A stretch of 64,000 nucleotides of DNA from the sequence record KU726251.1; one strand, given 5' to 3'. Shown piece after piece: positions 10,918 to 20,719 of this stretch. Positions within the stretch are counted from its first letter, which is position 1. Every line of letters starts with the position of its first letter. Made by a program: the position numbers and the translations under genes. The notes beneath the pieces are model-generated. The model saw only the letters and a list, made by a program, of their open reading frames with translations, was not told the DNA's origin and did no database searches.

Positions 10918-11217
10918 ATGAGAATCAAATTACTGACTCGCGCTTTAACCTCTCGTATCGAACCTGAGATTTACACCACCCCGACGAAGAAGAATACCGA
11001 TGGTAGTCCGATCGTGGTTGGTAAAATCCTGAACGTGACCACTCGTGCTGATGGTCAGCGCGTTCTGGAAATCGAAATCGACGAACGTAACCGTAACCGC
11101 TTCAAGGGCATTTCTAATATCAACCCTAAAGATGACAGTCAAGTCACCGAGTGGGCAGAAATGCATTTCGAAGTTTGGCATAAACGTCGTCTGTTACTCC
11201 CACTGAAAAAACGCTAA
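10918..11217 (+). CDS. Hypothetical protein
   Basis: 99-aa ORF with RBS AAAGG, upstream of the recA-like gene. Confidence 0.7.
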   Translation: MRIKLLTRALTSRIEPEIYTTPTKKNTDGSPIVVGKILNVTTRADGQRVLEIEIDERNRNRFKGISNINPKDDSQVTEWAEMHFEVWHKRRLLLPLKKR

Positions 11218-11232
11218 TTGACGGAGCGCTAA

Positions 11233-12726
11233 ATGGCAGGTCCAGCTAAACAAGTCATGGGTGAAGTGATTCGCCCTCGTTTTAACGTATATACCATCAT
11301 GGACCACGCTCTCGGTAACTACGAGCGCGGGGAAGATGGTTTGTACTACCTCAACGGTGGTTTTGCCCACATCATGGGCTTCGCAGGTCGTGGGAACACC
11401 TTTAAGTCTACCCTATTAGACTTCTGCATTTTCATGATTCTGCAACGTTATAATGCGGCCTGGGGATCGAAATACGATACCGAAGTTACGGCAGCATTAA
11501 GTCGTCTGGAAACAGGGTACATTTCCGCAGCGAAAGCAAACGGATTAGAAGTATCACCAACGGGCGGCGTGCTGGACCTGATCCACGAAGGTCGTTACAA
11601 CATGGTTGGCTCGGATATCATGGCGGGTGAGGAGTATTACTCTGCTTATATCCGTGACGAAGTCGAAAAACGTTTCAAAGAGTATATGGCTGGTAAGGCA
11701 CGCGAAACACCATTCCCTGACCCAATCCGTCGCTCTGCGAAAAAGATTCTCGACCCGTGGTTGTACTCGATTGACTCCCTGTCCGAATGGCACACCTCTT
11801 CTCTGGAAGAGAAACATGCCAAATCAGAAGTCGGTGATTCTGAACAGAACATCCTGAACGCCCACGATGCCCTGCAGAAATCGAATATGATGAGCCGTTG
11901 GCCGTCTGCGTTTGCGCGTGGTGGTTTCTATATGGGCTTCGTTGCTCAGTTGGCCGACGATGCGGGTAAAGCAATGGCGGCAGGTGGCCGTGGTGGACCG
12001 AAGGCGAACGGTAAACTGTTGGACGATGCAGGCGATGATCTGAAGTTTGCGGGTATCCCGCGCCGTCAGTTGTCGTTCTTAACTAACTCCCTGCTGGTTG
12101 CAACCAAGTCTGGTGAGTTGAAGCAAGATCAGACTTACAACGCGAAGACCGGTGTAAACGAAGAGAAATACCCGACTGCGCGTTCGAAGGCAATGAATGC
12201 TTCGGTGAACGACCTGAAAGAAATCGTGTTCACGCAGTACCGTGCGAAAGGTGGTCACACAGGAGTTAAGTTCAAAATGGTCTTCTCACAGGAGATGGGT
12301 CTGCTTTATCACCTCTCTCTGTGGCATTACCTGAGCGACACACTGAAAGATGAATGGGGCTACAAACGTAGTGGTGCTAATTATACCCTCGATTTGCTAC
12401 CTGGTACATCTTTCATGCGTACCACGATTCGCGACATGTGTGACAGCAACCCGCGTTTGCGCCGTGCGTTGGAAATCACCGCCGCATTAGCGTACATGCA
12501 GAATAACTACCACCGACTGGAAATGAAATACCATCTCTCACCGGCGGAGCTTTATAAAGTTATCGACGAAAAGTGGGACTGGAATGAAATTCTGGACAAT
12601 ACAGTGGAATACTGGATGTTCAAGGATCAGGAAGTCAAAGGTGGTAAGCGTTGCTTAACAGCAATGTCATTACTGGCGATGGCCGTGGATGGTCTGGAAC
12701 CTAAGTTCTTGACTAAGAAGAAATAA
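11233..12726 (+). CDS. uvsX: RecA/UvsX-like recombinase
   Basis: Walker A GRGNTFKST, Walker B YSIDSLSE, KYDTE motif; size and position as the phiKZ-family RecA-like gene. Confidence 0.8.
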   Translation: MAGPAKQVMGEVIRPRFNVYTIMDHALGNYERGEDGLYYLNGGFAHIMGFAGRGNTFKSTLLDFCIFMILQRYNAAWGSKYDTEVTAALSRLETGYISAAKANGLEVSPTGGVLDLIHEGRYNMVGSDIMAGEEYYSAYIRDEVEKRFKEYMAGKARETPFPDPIRRSAKKILDPWLYSIDSLSEWHTSSLEEKHAKSEVGDSEQNILNAHDALQKSNMMSRWPSAFARGGFYMGFVAQLADDAGKAMAAGGRGGPKANGKLLDDAGDDLKFAGIPRRQLSFLTNSLLVATKSGELKQDQTYNAKTGVNEEKYPTARSKAMNASVNDLKEIVFTQYRAKGGHTGVKFKMVFSQEMGLLYHLSLWHYLSDTLKDEWGYKRSGANYTLDLLPGTSFMRTTIRDMCDSNPRLRRALEITAALAYMQNNYHRLEMKYHLSPAELYKVIDEKWDWNEILDNTVEYWMFKDQEVKGGKRCLTAMSLLAMAVDGLEPKFLTKKK

Positions 12727-12731
12727 GCATG

Positions 12732-12756
12732 GGCGGGGCAACCCGCCTGTTTTTTC
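12732..12756 (+). terminator. Intrinsic terminator
   Basis: GGCGGG-GCAA-CCCGCC followed by a T-tract. Confidence 0.8.
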
Positions 12757-12772
12757 CCCCTGAGGATTAGCG

Positions 12773-13048
12773 ATGCGTTATCAGAAAGATATTGTAGAGC
12801 GTCTGTGTCTGGGTCTCGCTGGTATTAGCCAGGAACTTAGCACCGCGTTCCATAACGAGTTCTCAGCACCGCGACATGCACTGTCTGAATTTAGTCATCA
12901 GGTAAATGCCCATTACGGCAACCTGATTAATGATAAACCGAAGGTTGATGCGGTCGGTGTGCCTGAACACAATGAAGATATCCCGTACTGGATTGAAGAC
13001 CTGGAACGTGTGGTTCTTCCAGTGCTCCGCGAGAGGATGAAAAAATGA
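12773..13048 (+). CDS. Hypothetical protein
   Basis: 91-aa ORF with RBS GAGG, coupled (ATGA) to the next gene. Confidence 0.7.
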   Translation: MRYQKDIVERLCLGLAGISQELSTAFHNEFSAPRHALSEFSHQVNAHYGNLINDKPKVDAVGVPEHNEDIPYWIEDLERVVLPVLRERMKK

Positions 13049-13713
13049 GATTAGACCCGGCACGGCGAAAAAAAGCAGAAGCTTATGCTTTACAGTTACT
13101 GAACTTAGTTGACCCGACCGGGATTAACGCGGAAGCTGCCAAGCGCGCTTTCTCACGAATGTCTGACGAAGAGTTCAATCGTCTGCGCGAAGGGTTGCCT
13201 GTTTACAACCCAACTGGCGGCAAGGTCAAAATTGACCATATGCGCAATATTAAAATTTGCGAAGCGATGGGACTGAGCTTGTGTCAGCGCCTGTGGCTCA
13301 CGGAACCGAAAACCGGTATCCTGCAACGTACCCGTTACCCCCATTTAGTCTTCCGCCTGCCTGCACGTCGCCAGACGCAGATGCAAGAGAAGAAAATGGC
13401 GGTGGCGAAGAACGATAAAGTCCGCGATAAACTCTCAGGTCAGGTAGTAGGTCCTTCCAAAGCTTCGGGTGTTTCGTTTCCAGAAGCGTACATCATGTAC
13501 TCGGATGGACACGACTCAACGCTCCAGGAGTTCCTGTGGGCGCGTGGTGGTAACGATACGTTACAACGTGCGTTCTATCAATCGCTACGGCAAACCGGTA
13601 AAGGTCGCATCAACCTGGAAGGGGCTGAGCGGACCAGTTCAAAAGCACCGCGTACATGGTCTTCGTACTTTAAAGCAATGCACATCGGTAACAACTTAGG
13701 ACGCCCGGAATGA
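13045..13713 (+). CDS. Virion RNA polymerase beta subunit, C-terminal part (phiKZ gp149-like)
   Basis: LSGQVVGPSKASGVSFPEAYIMYSDG...TLQEFL parallels the RpoB switch region TQQP.GG.AQFGGQRFGEME.WAL..YG...LQEML. Confidence 0.75.
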   Translation: MRLDPARRKKAEAYALQLLNLVDPTGINAEAAKRAFSRMSDEEFNRLREGLPVYNPTGGKVKIDHMRNIKICEAMGLSLCQRLWLTEPKTGILQRTRYPHLVFRLPARRQTQMQEKKMAVAKNDKVRDKLSGQVVGPSKASGVSFPEAYIMYSDGHDSTLQEFLWARGGNDTLQRAFYQSLRQTGKGRINLEGAERTSSKAPRTWSSYFKAMHIGNNLGRPE

Positions 13714-14438
13714 GATTAGGACGCCGTTTCTTAGTCGATATCGACACAATCTTCGATACACGAATTGGTTGGGCGAAAGTGTTGCAGCCTGATGTATTAG
13801 AGAAGCTTGATTTAGAAGTGTATCGGATGCGGTTCACGGATGCGTGGGCCGAAGTGGTAGGAATTCAGGACTGGAATAAAAAGTTCGCGGAGCGTGATAA
13901 ACGCGCGTTGCAGAACGCGCAGCCAACAGAAATGTTGCTTACGCTAAAGAACGAAGTACAGGCAATGTTAATGACGATACAGATGCACGCTCCTATCGAG
14001 CGACCTGTCTTAACGTTTAACCTGTGGCCATACGCCGATCTCGATGATGAAGAACGTCATGCGTTTTTGGAAGAACTGCGCTACTACTACAACGAAGTGC
14101 AAGTAGACGTCGTTGTTATTCCTCACAGCGATCTTACACCAGGACGACTTGCTTCTGCATGGGATGGTTGGATAATGTACGATTGGTATCCGTGGATAGA
14201 ACAACACGCGAGCCATTTCCAGAAACCGATTCCGGATTTTACGATTACCCGACCGAGTATGCTGACCAGCGAATTAACGGAAGAAGCAATCGCGCAAATA
14301 AAAAGAGATAAGGTGAACCCCTTTAAGGAGTCCACCCGTTTTCTTGCCCAATACGTCGGTACTGACGTAAAGGACACTGCGCTGTTTAGTCTTCGTCGTC
14401 ATCAGCAGGACGACGACTCGCAAACGCAGACGCCATGA
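13710..14438 (+). CDS. Conserved hypothetical protein
   Basis: 242-aa ORF coupled to the upstream gene. Confidence 0.75.
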   Translation: MRLGRRFLVDIDTIFDTRIGWAKVLQPDVLEKLDLEVYRMRFTDAWAEVVGIQDWNKKFAERDKRALQNAQPTEMLLTLKNEVQAMLMTIQMHAPIERPVLTFNLWPYADLDDEERHAFLEELRYYYNEVQVDVVVIPHSDLTPGRLASAWDGWIMYDWYPWIEQHASHFQKPIPDFTITRPSMLTSELTEEAIAQIKRDKVNPFKESTRFLAQYVGTDVKDTALFSLRRHQQDDDSQTQTP

Positions 14439-14856
14439 TCTGGTCAACGTCAATCTTTTCGCCTACTGGTGCCAACTCACCTTCTTTCGGAGGCCGTACT
14501 GCGGCAATCTGTGGGACGGTGGGTTGGTATCCGTTATTTAAATCTTCTTCATCGTCGTGACGTTTGATACCAACGCCTGCACGGGTCATTAAGAAGCCGT
14601 TTAAACTGTTGGCCAAATCTTGAGTCGCCTCAGCGCCTTTCTCAGCAGCTTTAATTTTCCGCTTCGTCATGACCTGTTTGTCGATGCCGTTGATTAGGCG
14701 CTCGATTCGGTCGACGGCTTTTAAGTCTTTGTGTACTTCACCGTCGTTAACCATATCTGTGACGAGCTTAACGCGTAGCTGTTGTGTTTGGCGGAGAAGC
14801 GAATCTTCGTTGTCCACATCTCCGTCGAACGCTTGGTATTTCACTTCTTCGCTCAT
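14386..14856 (-). CDS. Hypothetical protein
   Basis: 156-aa ORF with RBS GAGG; 3' end overlaps the convergent gene. Confidence 0.7.
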   Translation of the reverse strand: MSEEVKYQAFDGDVDNEDSLLRQTQQLRVKLVTDMVNDGEVHKDLKAVDRIERLINGIDKQVMTKRKIKAAEKGAEATQDLANSLNGFLMTRAGVGIKRHDDEEDLNNGYQPTVPQIAAVRPPKEGELAPVGEKIDVDQIMASAFASRRPADDDED

Positions 14857-14870
14857 GGGATAACCTCATC

Positions 14871-14899
14871 TCAAAAAGAACTCAGACAGATATTATCTA
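14871..14899 (+). promoter_or_regulatory. Candidate early promoter, copy 2
   Basis: TCAAAAAGAACTCAGACAGATATTATCTA, near-identical to the copy at 46544. Confidence 0.65.
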
Positions 14900-14932
14900 T
14901 CCGAGACAACATCTCATAATAGGATAACACCT

Positions 14933-15463
14933 ATGCTTTTTAAATGGCTTTCAACACTCCTGCGTCGTAAGGCTGTAGAAGCTCGCAGACGCTCTTTGGA
15001 GGCTGAGTTTCATAAGAATACCCATAACACCCTGCACAGAGTGATGGTGGGCTTAGAACTCATTACAGAGCCTCTGGAATATAATGGGAAAGAATACCTT
15101 CCTTTTTCATTGCGTGGACAACTCGAATTACGTATTCGAGATTTTGACACGTTGGTGGAGCGATTGGAATTCTTCATTTCTGAGTATAACCGTGTATCCA
15201 GTAGCAACATTCCCAATCAACGTTGGTTAGAGTTGCCTGAGGCAATCGATAGAAAAGGAGAGAGTTCAGAACCACGATGGCTTGATCACTATTTCGGTGC
15301 ATCCGATCCTGAAGTCGCGCGCGAAAAACTGCGCACAGTCTTCGCTATGTTAGAACAGTATCAGCGTGCATTTGATAAACAAACACCCGAACAGGATACG
15401 CTGTTTAATCAAACCGCACATATCTTCCGCGAGTTAGAAGTGATAGTGGAACACTATCTCTAA
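14933..15463 (+). CDS. Hypothetical protein
   Basis: 176-aa ORF with RBS AGGA downstream of the candidate promoter. Confidence 0.7.
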   Translation: MLFKWLSTLLRRKAVEARRRSLEAEFHKNTHNTLHRVMVGLELITEPLEYNGKEYLPFSLRGQLELRIRDFDTLVERLEFFISEYNRVSSSNIPNQRWLELPEAIDRKGESSEPRWLDHYFGASDPEVAREKLRTVFAMLEQYQRAFDKQTPEQDTLFNQTAHIFRELEVIVEHYL

Positions 15464-15496
15464 CTTTTAATCTATTCCCTTGTAACAAGGTGATGT

Positions 15497-16374
15497 ATGG
15501 ATGATGAGAAAAAGCCGCCGCTGAATAGCACACGCGAGCAAATTTGGCACGGTACGCCACCGGCGTCAGATTCCAGCTACCCGTTAAGGAAAGCTTATTG
15601 GAATCTGGTTAAGTTGATGGGTATTAGCGACGGGATATGGAAAAACCTTATCCGTCAACATGTCAACGACCCGGAGTATCTGAAACAGTTTCGCGACAGC
15701 AAACTGACCACGATGACCGACCGCGTTAACCGGCTGAACACCTCACTTACGGGTGGTTCAGTACGTAACCTGACAGTCGATTTTACGTGGAAACGTTTCA
15801 TCGAGGGATTAGTTATCCTGGAGATGCAAACGCTAACAGTCACCCTGCTGACTAAGCGGGGAAGCTTTGACACGAAGTGTTTTGTATTCGACAGTACGTT
15901 TGTGCGTGAGGACTTCATTAAGAACTTACGTAATGAGAACAGGAAGAAACGTAAAGAGCGTTTCGAGCATCCTGCATCTCACGACGTTAACGAGTATGTC
16001 GCGAACATCGACCACACCATCGAACATGTGATGAAGCATATTCTCCTGCGTCTAATCTACAAAGTTATTCGTGGGTATAAAATCGATGGCGATAAACTGG
16101 AACGGTGGACGACGAACTACGTCAACAACCCTAAGTTGTGCCAGGCACATCATCCAAACGTGGGGACAGACGAAACAACATGAAACAGGCGATGCGTCAC
16201 ACCGAGGCAATCACCTGGCGTTGGTTTCTAATAATCTTACAAGCGCTGGACGTACGTGAGTTCGAAATCACTTTCAAAGTTCGCCATCGCAGTGGTAGAG
16301 AATATGAGGTCAGCGACAACGTTCCGTTAGCGACGTATAGATTCTGGAGTTCCAATGAAACTGAACAACCTTGA
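15497..16374 (+). CDS. Hypothetical protein, apparent frameshift at ~16133
   Basis: ORFs 15497..16183 and 16138..16374 join with one added A. Confidence 0.6.
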
Positions 16375-17629
16375 TGGGATTACCAACCAGATAAGCAGCA
16401 CAACGGGCGCAATAGAGAACAAAGTTAACGATGTTCAAAACCGTGTCCAGTCAACGATTGGTAATGCCGAGCGCGGTATTGAAAGTGCTCAAAATTTGTA
16501 CAATAACGCAACTGCTAAAGCCGGAGAGACGTTCGACAAGATCTCCAATATTGGCAACACGATAAGTGAGAAATTTGGTAACGTGTTCGGGGGTGGCGAC
16601 CAAGTCACGGTAGGCGGTAAAAAGGCAGCAGGTTCAGCGGCTTCCGGAGTATCGCCGCCACAACGTGTGCCTACTTTTGCTTCCAACACGAAAGAAGCGC
16701 TGCCGGTTATCGATCCGCAGAAGCGCGATGTGTCCGAACCCTTTCAGAAGGTAAACCAGGAAGGGAAAACTGCACTGAGCTATCTCTCACCGGGTGGCGC
16801 AGGTAGCCTGTTAAGTAAGGGATGGGATACGCTGACTGATCTTCGCGATAGCGCTTTAAGCGCGGTCGGGACAGATTATGCGTCGGTGAAAGCTCGCCTG
16901 GAGTCCACGATGAATATCGCGGGACAGCTTGCCAAACTGCCTGGTGAGGTACAGCGTGAAATCGGTAACTACGTCGATATGGCCAATAGCGCCAAGTGGC
17001 AAGTCACCGCACTGATTGACGATGTTACGCACACGTTTGATAGCTTTAAGGACCTGGACGACTTCTTGTCTATCGACGGGATCATTGATAGCTTTACGGG
17101 CGGGAGTGGGAATTTCTCCTCGCTGGATATCAACACCTCGTCTGCGTTGATATACGGTATGTCCACGAAGCTCAATCAATACGGTCTGCCGAATCGCATC
17201 GATCCGATGATTCAGGCTATCACCGATCCTGTTGCACAACAAGCGTTGTACGGCGAACTGATGATACAGGCTGCGGCTGCGGGTAATCTCAATTCTGTTG
17301 AGTATTACTTGCCTAAACTACAGCCAGGTCAAGGTGCTGAGATTGCAGATACTGTTATTCAGAATCTTCTGATGAACCTTAACGTTGAGCCGGGTGTGGG
17401 TTACAGCACCTACGGCCAACGACTGTTGACGTTGTTTAAAGCGCTTAATCCAAACTGGGATATCTCTAAAACGAATCCTGGAATGGTTGAGCTTAAGCTT
17501 TACACATACGCCAACAGTAATGCGATTCAAGCACTCCTGACCACCGAGAAACGTCCGTACGTTATCGCCGGTGGTAGTGTCCAATATCAGTCTGCCAGTA
17601 CGCTGGTGCAGAGCTATTTCGCCTTGTAA
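16355..17629 (+). CDS. Hypothetical protein, probable virion component
   Basis: 424-aa ORF with RBS GGAG and an N/S/Q-rich amphipathic N-terminus. Confidence 0.65.
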   Translation: MKLNNLDGITNQISSTTGAIENKVNDVQNRVQSTIGNAERGIESAQNLYNNATAKAGETFDKISNIGNTISEKFGNVFGGGDQVTVGGKKAAGSAASGVSPPQRVPTFASNTKEALPVIDPQKRDVSEPFQKVNQEGKTALSYLSPGGAGSLLSKGWDTLTDLRDSALSAVGTDYASVKARLESTMNIAGQLAKLPGEVQREIGNYVDMANSAKWQVTALIDDVTHTFDSFKDLDDFLSIDGIIDSFTGGSGNFSSLDINTSSALIYGMSTKLNQYGLPNRIDPMIQAITDPVAQQALYGELMIQAAAAGNLNSVEYYLPKLQPGQGAEIADTVIQNLLMNLNVEPGVGYSTYGQRLLTLFKALNPNWDISKTNPGMVELKLYTYANSNAIQALLTTEKRPYVIAGGSVQYQSASTLVQSYFAL

Positions 17630-17638
17630 GGTACCTCT

Positions 17639-18490
17639 ATGTCGAAAGATGAAGGTAAGTTTTTGCGTAGTGCGTTGGAACGTCTACGTGTCGATGGTGC
17701 ATCGGTGGATGCTTTGGCGGCTGCTTTTGGGTTTACGTTGCCCGCCTCGGTAGAAGCCACATATCCTGTTTTACGTCCCATCCTCCCACCAGAAGAAAAG
17801 GAAGCCTTTGTACGCTATTTACTGCGTATGGGTTACCAGAGTACCTTGGTGGATATCACGCCGTCTACAGACGGTCTGAATCACTTCAACATCTATTCGC
17901 AGGGTCGAACTGAGATAGGTCGGATGGCGAGTAACTTCTATGCTCGCCCTGGTGAGTATTTTGTTACCCCCCACGGGCCTTTCCGAACGCTCGAGGGTTA
18001 TTACCACTATCTGCGTATTCTGGATTACCTGATGCGTGAGATTGATGACCGCACTCTGGTGATGGAATTTGATATCATGCGACAGGCAGTGAACACCTGG
18101 CCTGATATTGAGAAGTTGCGTGCACTAGATGGCACCGACTGTATCCGGCTAGGTCGTAATCTGAAAGCGGAAATCTACGGAGGAACCAGTTATAAGCCCG
18201 GTTCATTTACCCCGGTTACAGAAAGCCGTTTTATCCATGCGCTGGTAAATAAACTCTTTATACTGTCGGTCGACGGGACATCGTTAGGTAATGTATTTGC
18301 AGAGATTCTGCGAGCACGTATCCCGCTTAAGCATTATTACATGATGCAAGGGCGTAAGATATTCCCAGCACACTGGGACTGGCTACCAAATCTGATTGAG
18401 ATGATAGCTGAACATATCGATCCTGAGGACAGTACGTTTGATCGAACCGAACTTTTGAAGAAACTAGGAATCGATGATGGGACTATTTGA
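17639..18490 (+). CDS. NADAR-like (T4 gp30.3-like) ADP-ribosyl hydrolase domain protein
   Basis: FNIYS...MASNFY...F.T..G.FRTLEGYY, LRALDG..CIRLGR, LKHYY parallel T4 gp30.3 LEIRS...ALSNFA...F..LEGF, IFGLSG..AQQAGR, LKHS as recalled. Confidence 0.6.
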   Translation: MSKDEGKFLRSALERLRVDGASVDALAAAFGFTLPASVEATYPVLRPILPPEEKEAFVRYLLRMGYQSTLVDITPSTDGLNHFNIYSQGRTEIGRMASNFYARPGEYFVTPHGPFRTLEGYYHYLRILDYLMREIDDRTLVMEFDIMRQAVNTWPDIEKLRALDGTDCIRLGRNLKAEIYGGTSYKPGSFTPVTESRFIHALVNKLFILSVDGTSLGNVFAEILRARIPLKHYYMMQGRKIFPAHWDWLPNLIEMIAEHIDPEDSTFDRTELLKKLGIDDGTI

Positions 18491-19136
18491 TATTCTCAAA
18501 AACTTAGACGAGCAGCAGGAAAAAGAAGTCATTACTGTTGCGCGTGAGTCTATCTCTACGGAGAAGGAACGTGAGTATTGCATGTGGGTTAAGCCCACTG
18601 AAGAAGGTTGGCAATGGCTGTTTGGTCAGACAGGCGAAACCTTCCTGGATGTGATTATGCCGGTCGTTAACGGCAAACGTCGTGTGCGGTTGTCCACCGA
18701 TAAAACTGCGGTCTTAACGTTAAAACGACAAGCATCTGATGGTCGTATCGAAGAGAACTCGGATATCGGGTTTGCTTCCGGTCTGACCTTCTACGAAGAT
18801 GGCAATCTTGCGCATCTCGTGCGTCGTATCAAACTAGAACCAGGCGAACTGGCAGAGCAAGGTGCGAAACATTGGGATATTGATCTGTTCTTTAAACTGG
18901 CTGGTCATCCGGTTATCGAATCGCAAGCAGGGTTTGAAGACCTTGTCAACGAACTGCGCGACTCCACGACATTTGGCGAGTGGGTAAAAGTCGAACTGGA
19001 AGTTGAGCGATTTGAGCTGACGTCTATCAAGGACGTATTGCCGTTTGCAGTAGAAGACGCTATTCCAGGCAACCCGTCTGATGTGGAGTCCCAGTTAGTT
19101 ATTTCGAACTACTGGGATAATGAAACCCGCATCTAA
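18474..19136 (+). CDS. CYTH-domain (triphosphate tunnel metalloenzyme) protein
   Basis: EKEREY (ExExK-like), RRVRL, LTLK, RIEE, WDIDLF, VELEV motifs in canonical CYTH order. Confidence 0.75.
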   Translation: MMGLFDILKNLDEQQEKEVITVARESISTEKEREYCMWVKPTEEGWQWLFGQTGETFLDVIMPVVNGKRRVRLSTDKTAVLTLKRQASDGRIEENSDIGFASGLTFYEDGNLAHLVRRIKLEPGELAEQGAKHWDIDLFFKLAGHPVIESQAGFEDLVNELRDSTTFGEWVKVELEVERFELTSIKDVLPFAVEDAIPGNPSDVESQLVISNYWDNETRI

Positions 19137-19140
19137 GTCG

Positions 19141-19177
19141 TACCCTCTCCTTCGGGAGAGGGTATCTTCATTTTTTA
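19141..19177 (+). terminator. Intrinsic terminator
   Basis: TACCCTCTCC-TTCG-GGAGAGGGTA followed by a T-rich tract. Confidence 0.85.
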
Positions 19178-19194
19178 TCTTAAGGAGTATGTAA

Positions 19195-19557
19195 ATGCAA
19201 ATCGGTTTCTTCTTTAATCGTCACGGAATCGTGTTTGTTTGTGGAGTTGCGGATAGCGCCGGGAGACGTGTACGCACGTTAGAACTCGACGAATCATCTA
19301 TGGTCGAGTGGAAAGAGAAACTTGCTCCCTTCGCAGAAGGTAAGTTTCAACTGCTGCAGCTCTACACGCAAGCTGCATCACCACGCGTTGCTTTCTCCCG
19401 ACTTGGAGACGGCGAAGACACCACACACCTGGTTATCTTCAGTGGGCAGCCTGGTCGTGTATTGAGCGAATTATTGATGGGATTCAATCCGCCTAGCAAG
19501 CCCAGGATGAATACGTACAATGTGCACGACAGTAGCCAAATTCTTATTCTTCGATAA
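19195..19557 (+). CDS. Hypothetical protein
   Basis: 120-aa ORF with RBS AAGGAG. Confidence 0.7.
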   Translation: MQIGFFFNRHGIVFVCGVADSAGRRVRTLELDESSMVEWKEKLAPFAEGKFQLLQLYTQAASPRVAFSRLGDGEDTTHLVIFSGQPGRVLSELLMGFNPPSKPRMNTYNVHDSSQILILR

Positions 19558-19605
19558 TTTACGGCCACGGCTGTACGTATGTAAAAGACCTCAAGGAGAA
19601 CTATA

Positions 19606-20028
19606 ATGAACAATATCGCGTTTGAAAAAGGCGTTGGGTTACTTCTGAACAACACCATCGTCGCTGGCACTAATAACGCTAACTGGGAAGCGTTAGCGCA
19701 ACGTCTCAAAGACAAGCCTGTGAAGATTGTGGTAACGAGCGAGCTGCCGTTAAACGGCACGATGGCGGACTGTGGTCCAATGTTTGCAGCGTTTAACGTC
19801 GACTATGATTGCGGTTCCGCTTTCTTACAAAACGCGGCGTTACGTAGTCGTCTGTACAGCTGGCGTTTGTTGGGTCCGGTAAGTAAAGCCGCTGGCCAGA
19901 TGGTTAACCAGGGCACACCGATGTCGGGTGTAGAAGACCAGACTATCGCCGTTGTGGTTTCTCGCGCAACCGGCCAGCTTAACTTTGCAATCTGCTACGC
20001 GTATCAGGAGGAAGAAGTCTGTGCCTAG
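19606..20028 (+). CDS. Hypothetical protein
   Basis: 140-aa ORF with RBS AAGGAG. Confidence 0.7.
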   Translation: MNNIAFEKGVGLLLNNTIVAGTNNANWEALAQRLKDKPVKIVVTSELPLNGTMADCGPMFAAFNVDYDCGSAFLQNAALRSRLYSWRLLGPVSKAAGQMVNQGTPMSGVEDQTIAVVVSRATGQLNFAICYAYQEEEVCA

Positions 20029-20719
20029 CATCATTCAGCAAGTTCAGGCAGTCGAAGAATGGTTTCGCAAGACAGACATTTACCAACAGAAAGCGACTGA
20101 GCGTCAGTTGGTAAAGTATTACGTCACACTCGGCAGGATCTCAGCAGGTGTCGATGAACTGGATAACCTAAAGGTGGCTGCCGGTATCGGCGAATCGATT
20201 TGGACATTTGCCGCGCTGCTACACCTCGGTCCACATTCTAACTTCGGCGATATTATCGTTCCGCTGAGTGACGCGCTATCCGTTCGTACTACAACTGGAA
20301 CGAAAGAAGGGCAGCTGCAGCAACTCATGTTAATTGCGGTCGAGGCCGTTAGTGTTGTTTTGCGAGAACCAGAACACGACCCTAAGAGTTACAGCGCGCT
20401 GCTTCGTAAGTTGATGAGGCAGTATCAATTGTTAGCGTGTCGCTGCGGGCTGGAGTTTGACCGCGTTGTTTTTAACGGTCATCGTAAGCTCGTTAAGACT
20501 CCCGAAACATTAAGCACGCTCGGCGAACTGCTTAAAGCAACGTTGCCGTTACCCGACAACGATTTGGCGAAACAAACCTATCAGGCGGTGTACAAAACCA
20601 ACGAGTCAGTTCACGACATTATTGTAAATTGCCTTTTGGCACATCGAATGATTTACAAACCAAACATAACGGTGAAGTCGCCATGCCGCAGCTATTGCTG
20701 CGGATGGAGGACATTATGA
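20021..20719 (+). CDS. Degenerate MazG-like protein (catalytic acids lost); possible frameshift at ~20641
   Basis: RBS AGGAGG and GTG at 20021; VEEWFRK...QLVKYYVTLGRIS...AAGIGES aligns by eye with 24250 VMGWSKA...QATKLYEEDGEAA...MDGIGDA. Confidence 0.5.
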   Translation: MPSIIQQVQAVEEWFRKTDIYQQKATERQLVKYYVTLGRISAGVDELDNLKVAAGIGESIWTFAALLHLGPHSNFGDIIVPLSDALSVRTTTGTKEGQLQQLMLIAVEAVSVVLREPEHDPKSYSALLRKLMRQYQLLACRCGLEFDRVVFNGHRKLVKTPETLSTLGELLKATLPLPDNDLAKQTYQAVYKTNESVHDIIVNCLLAHRMIYKPNITVKSPCRSYCCGWRTL

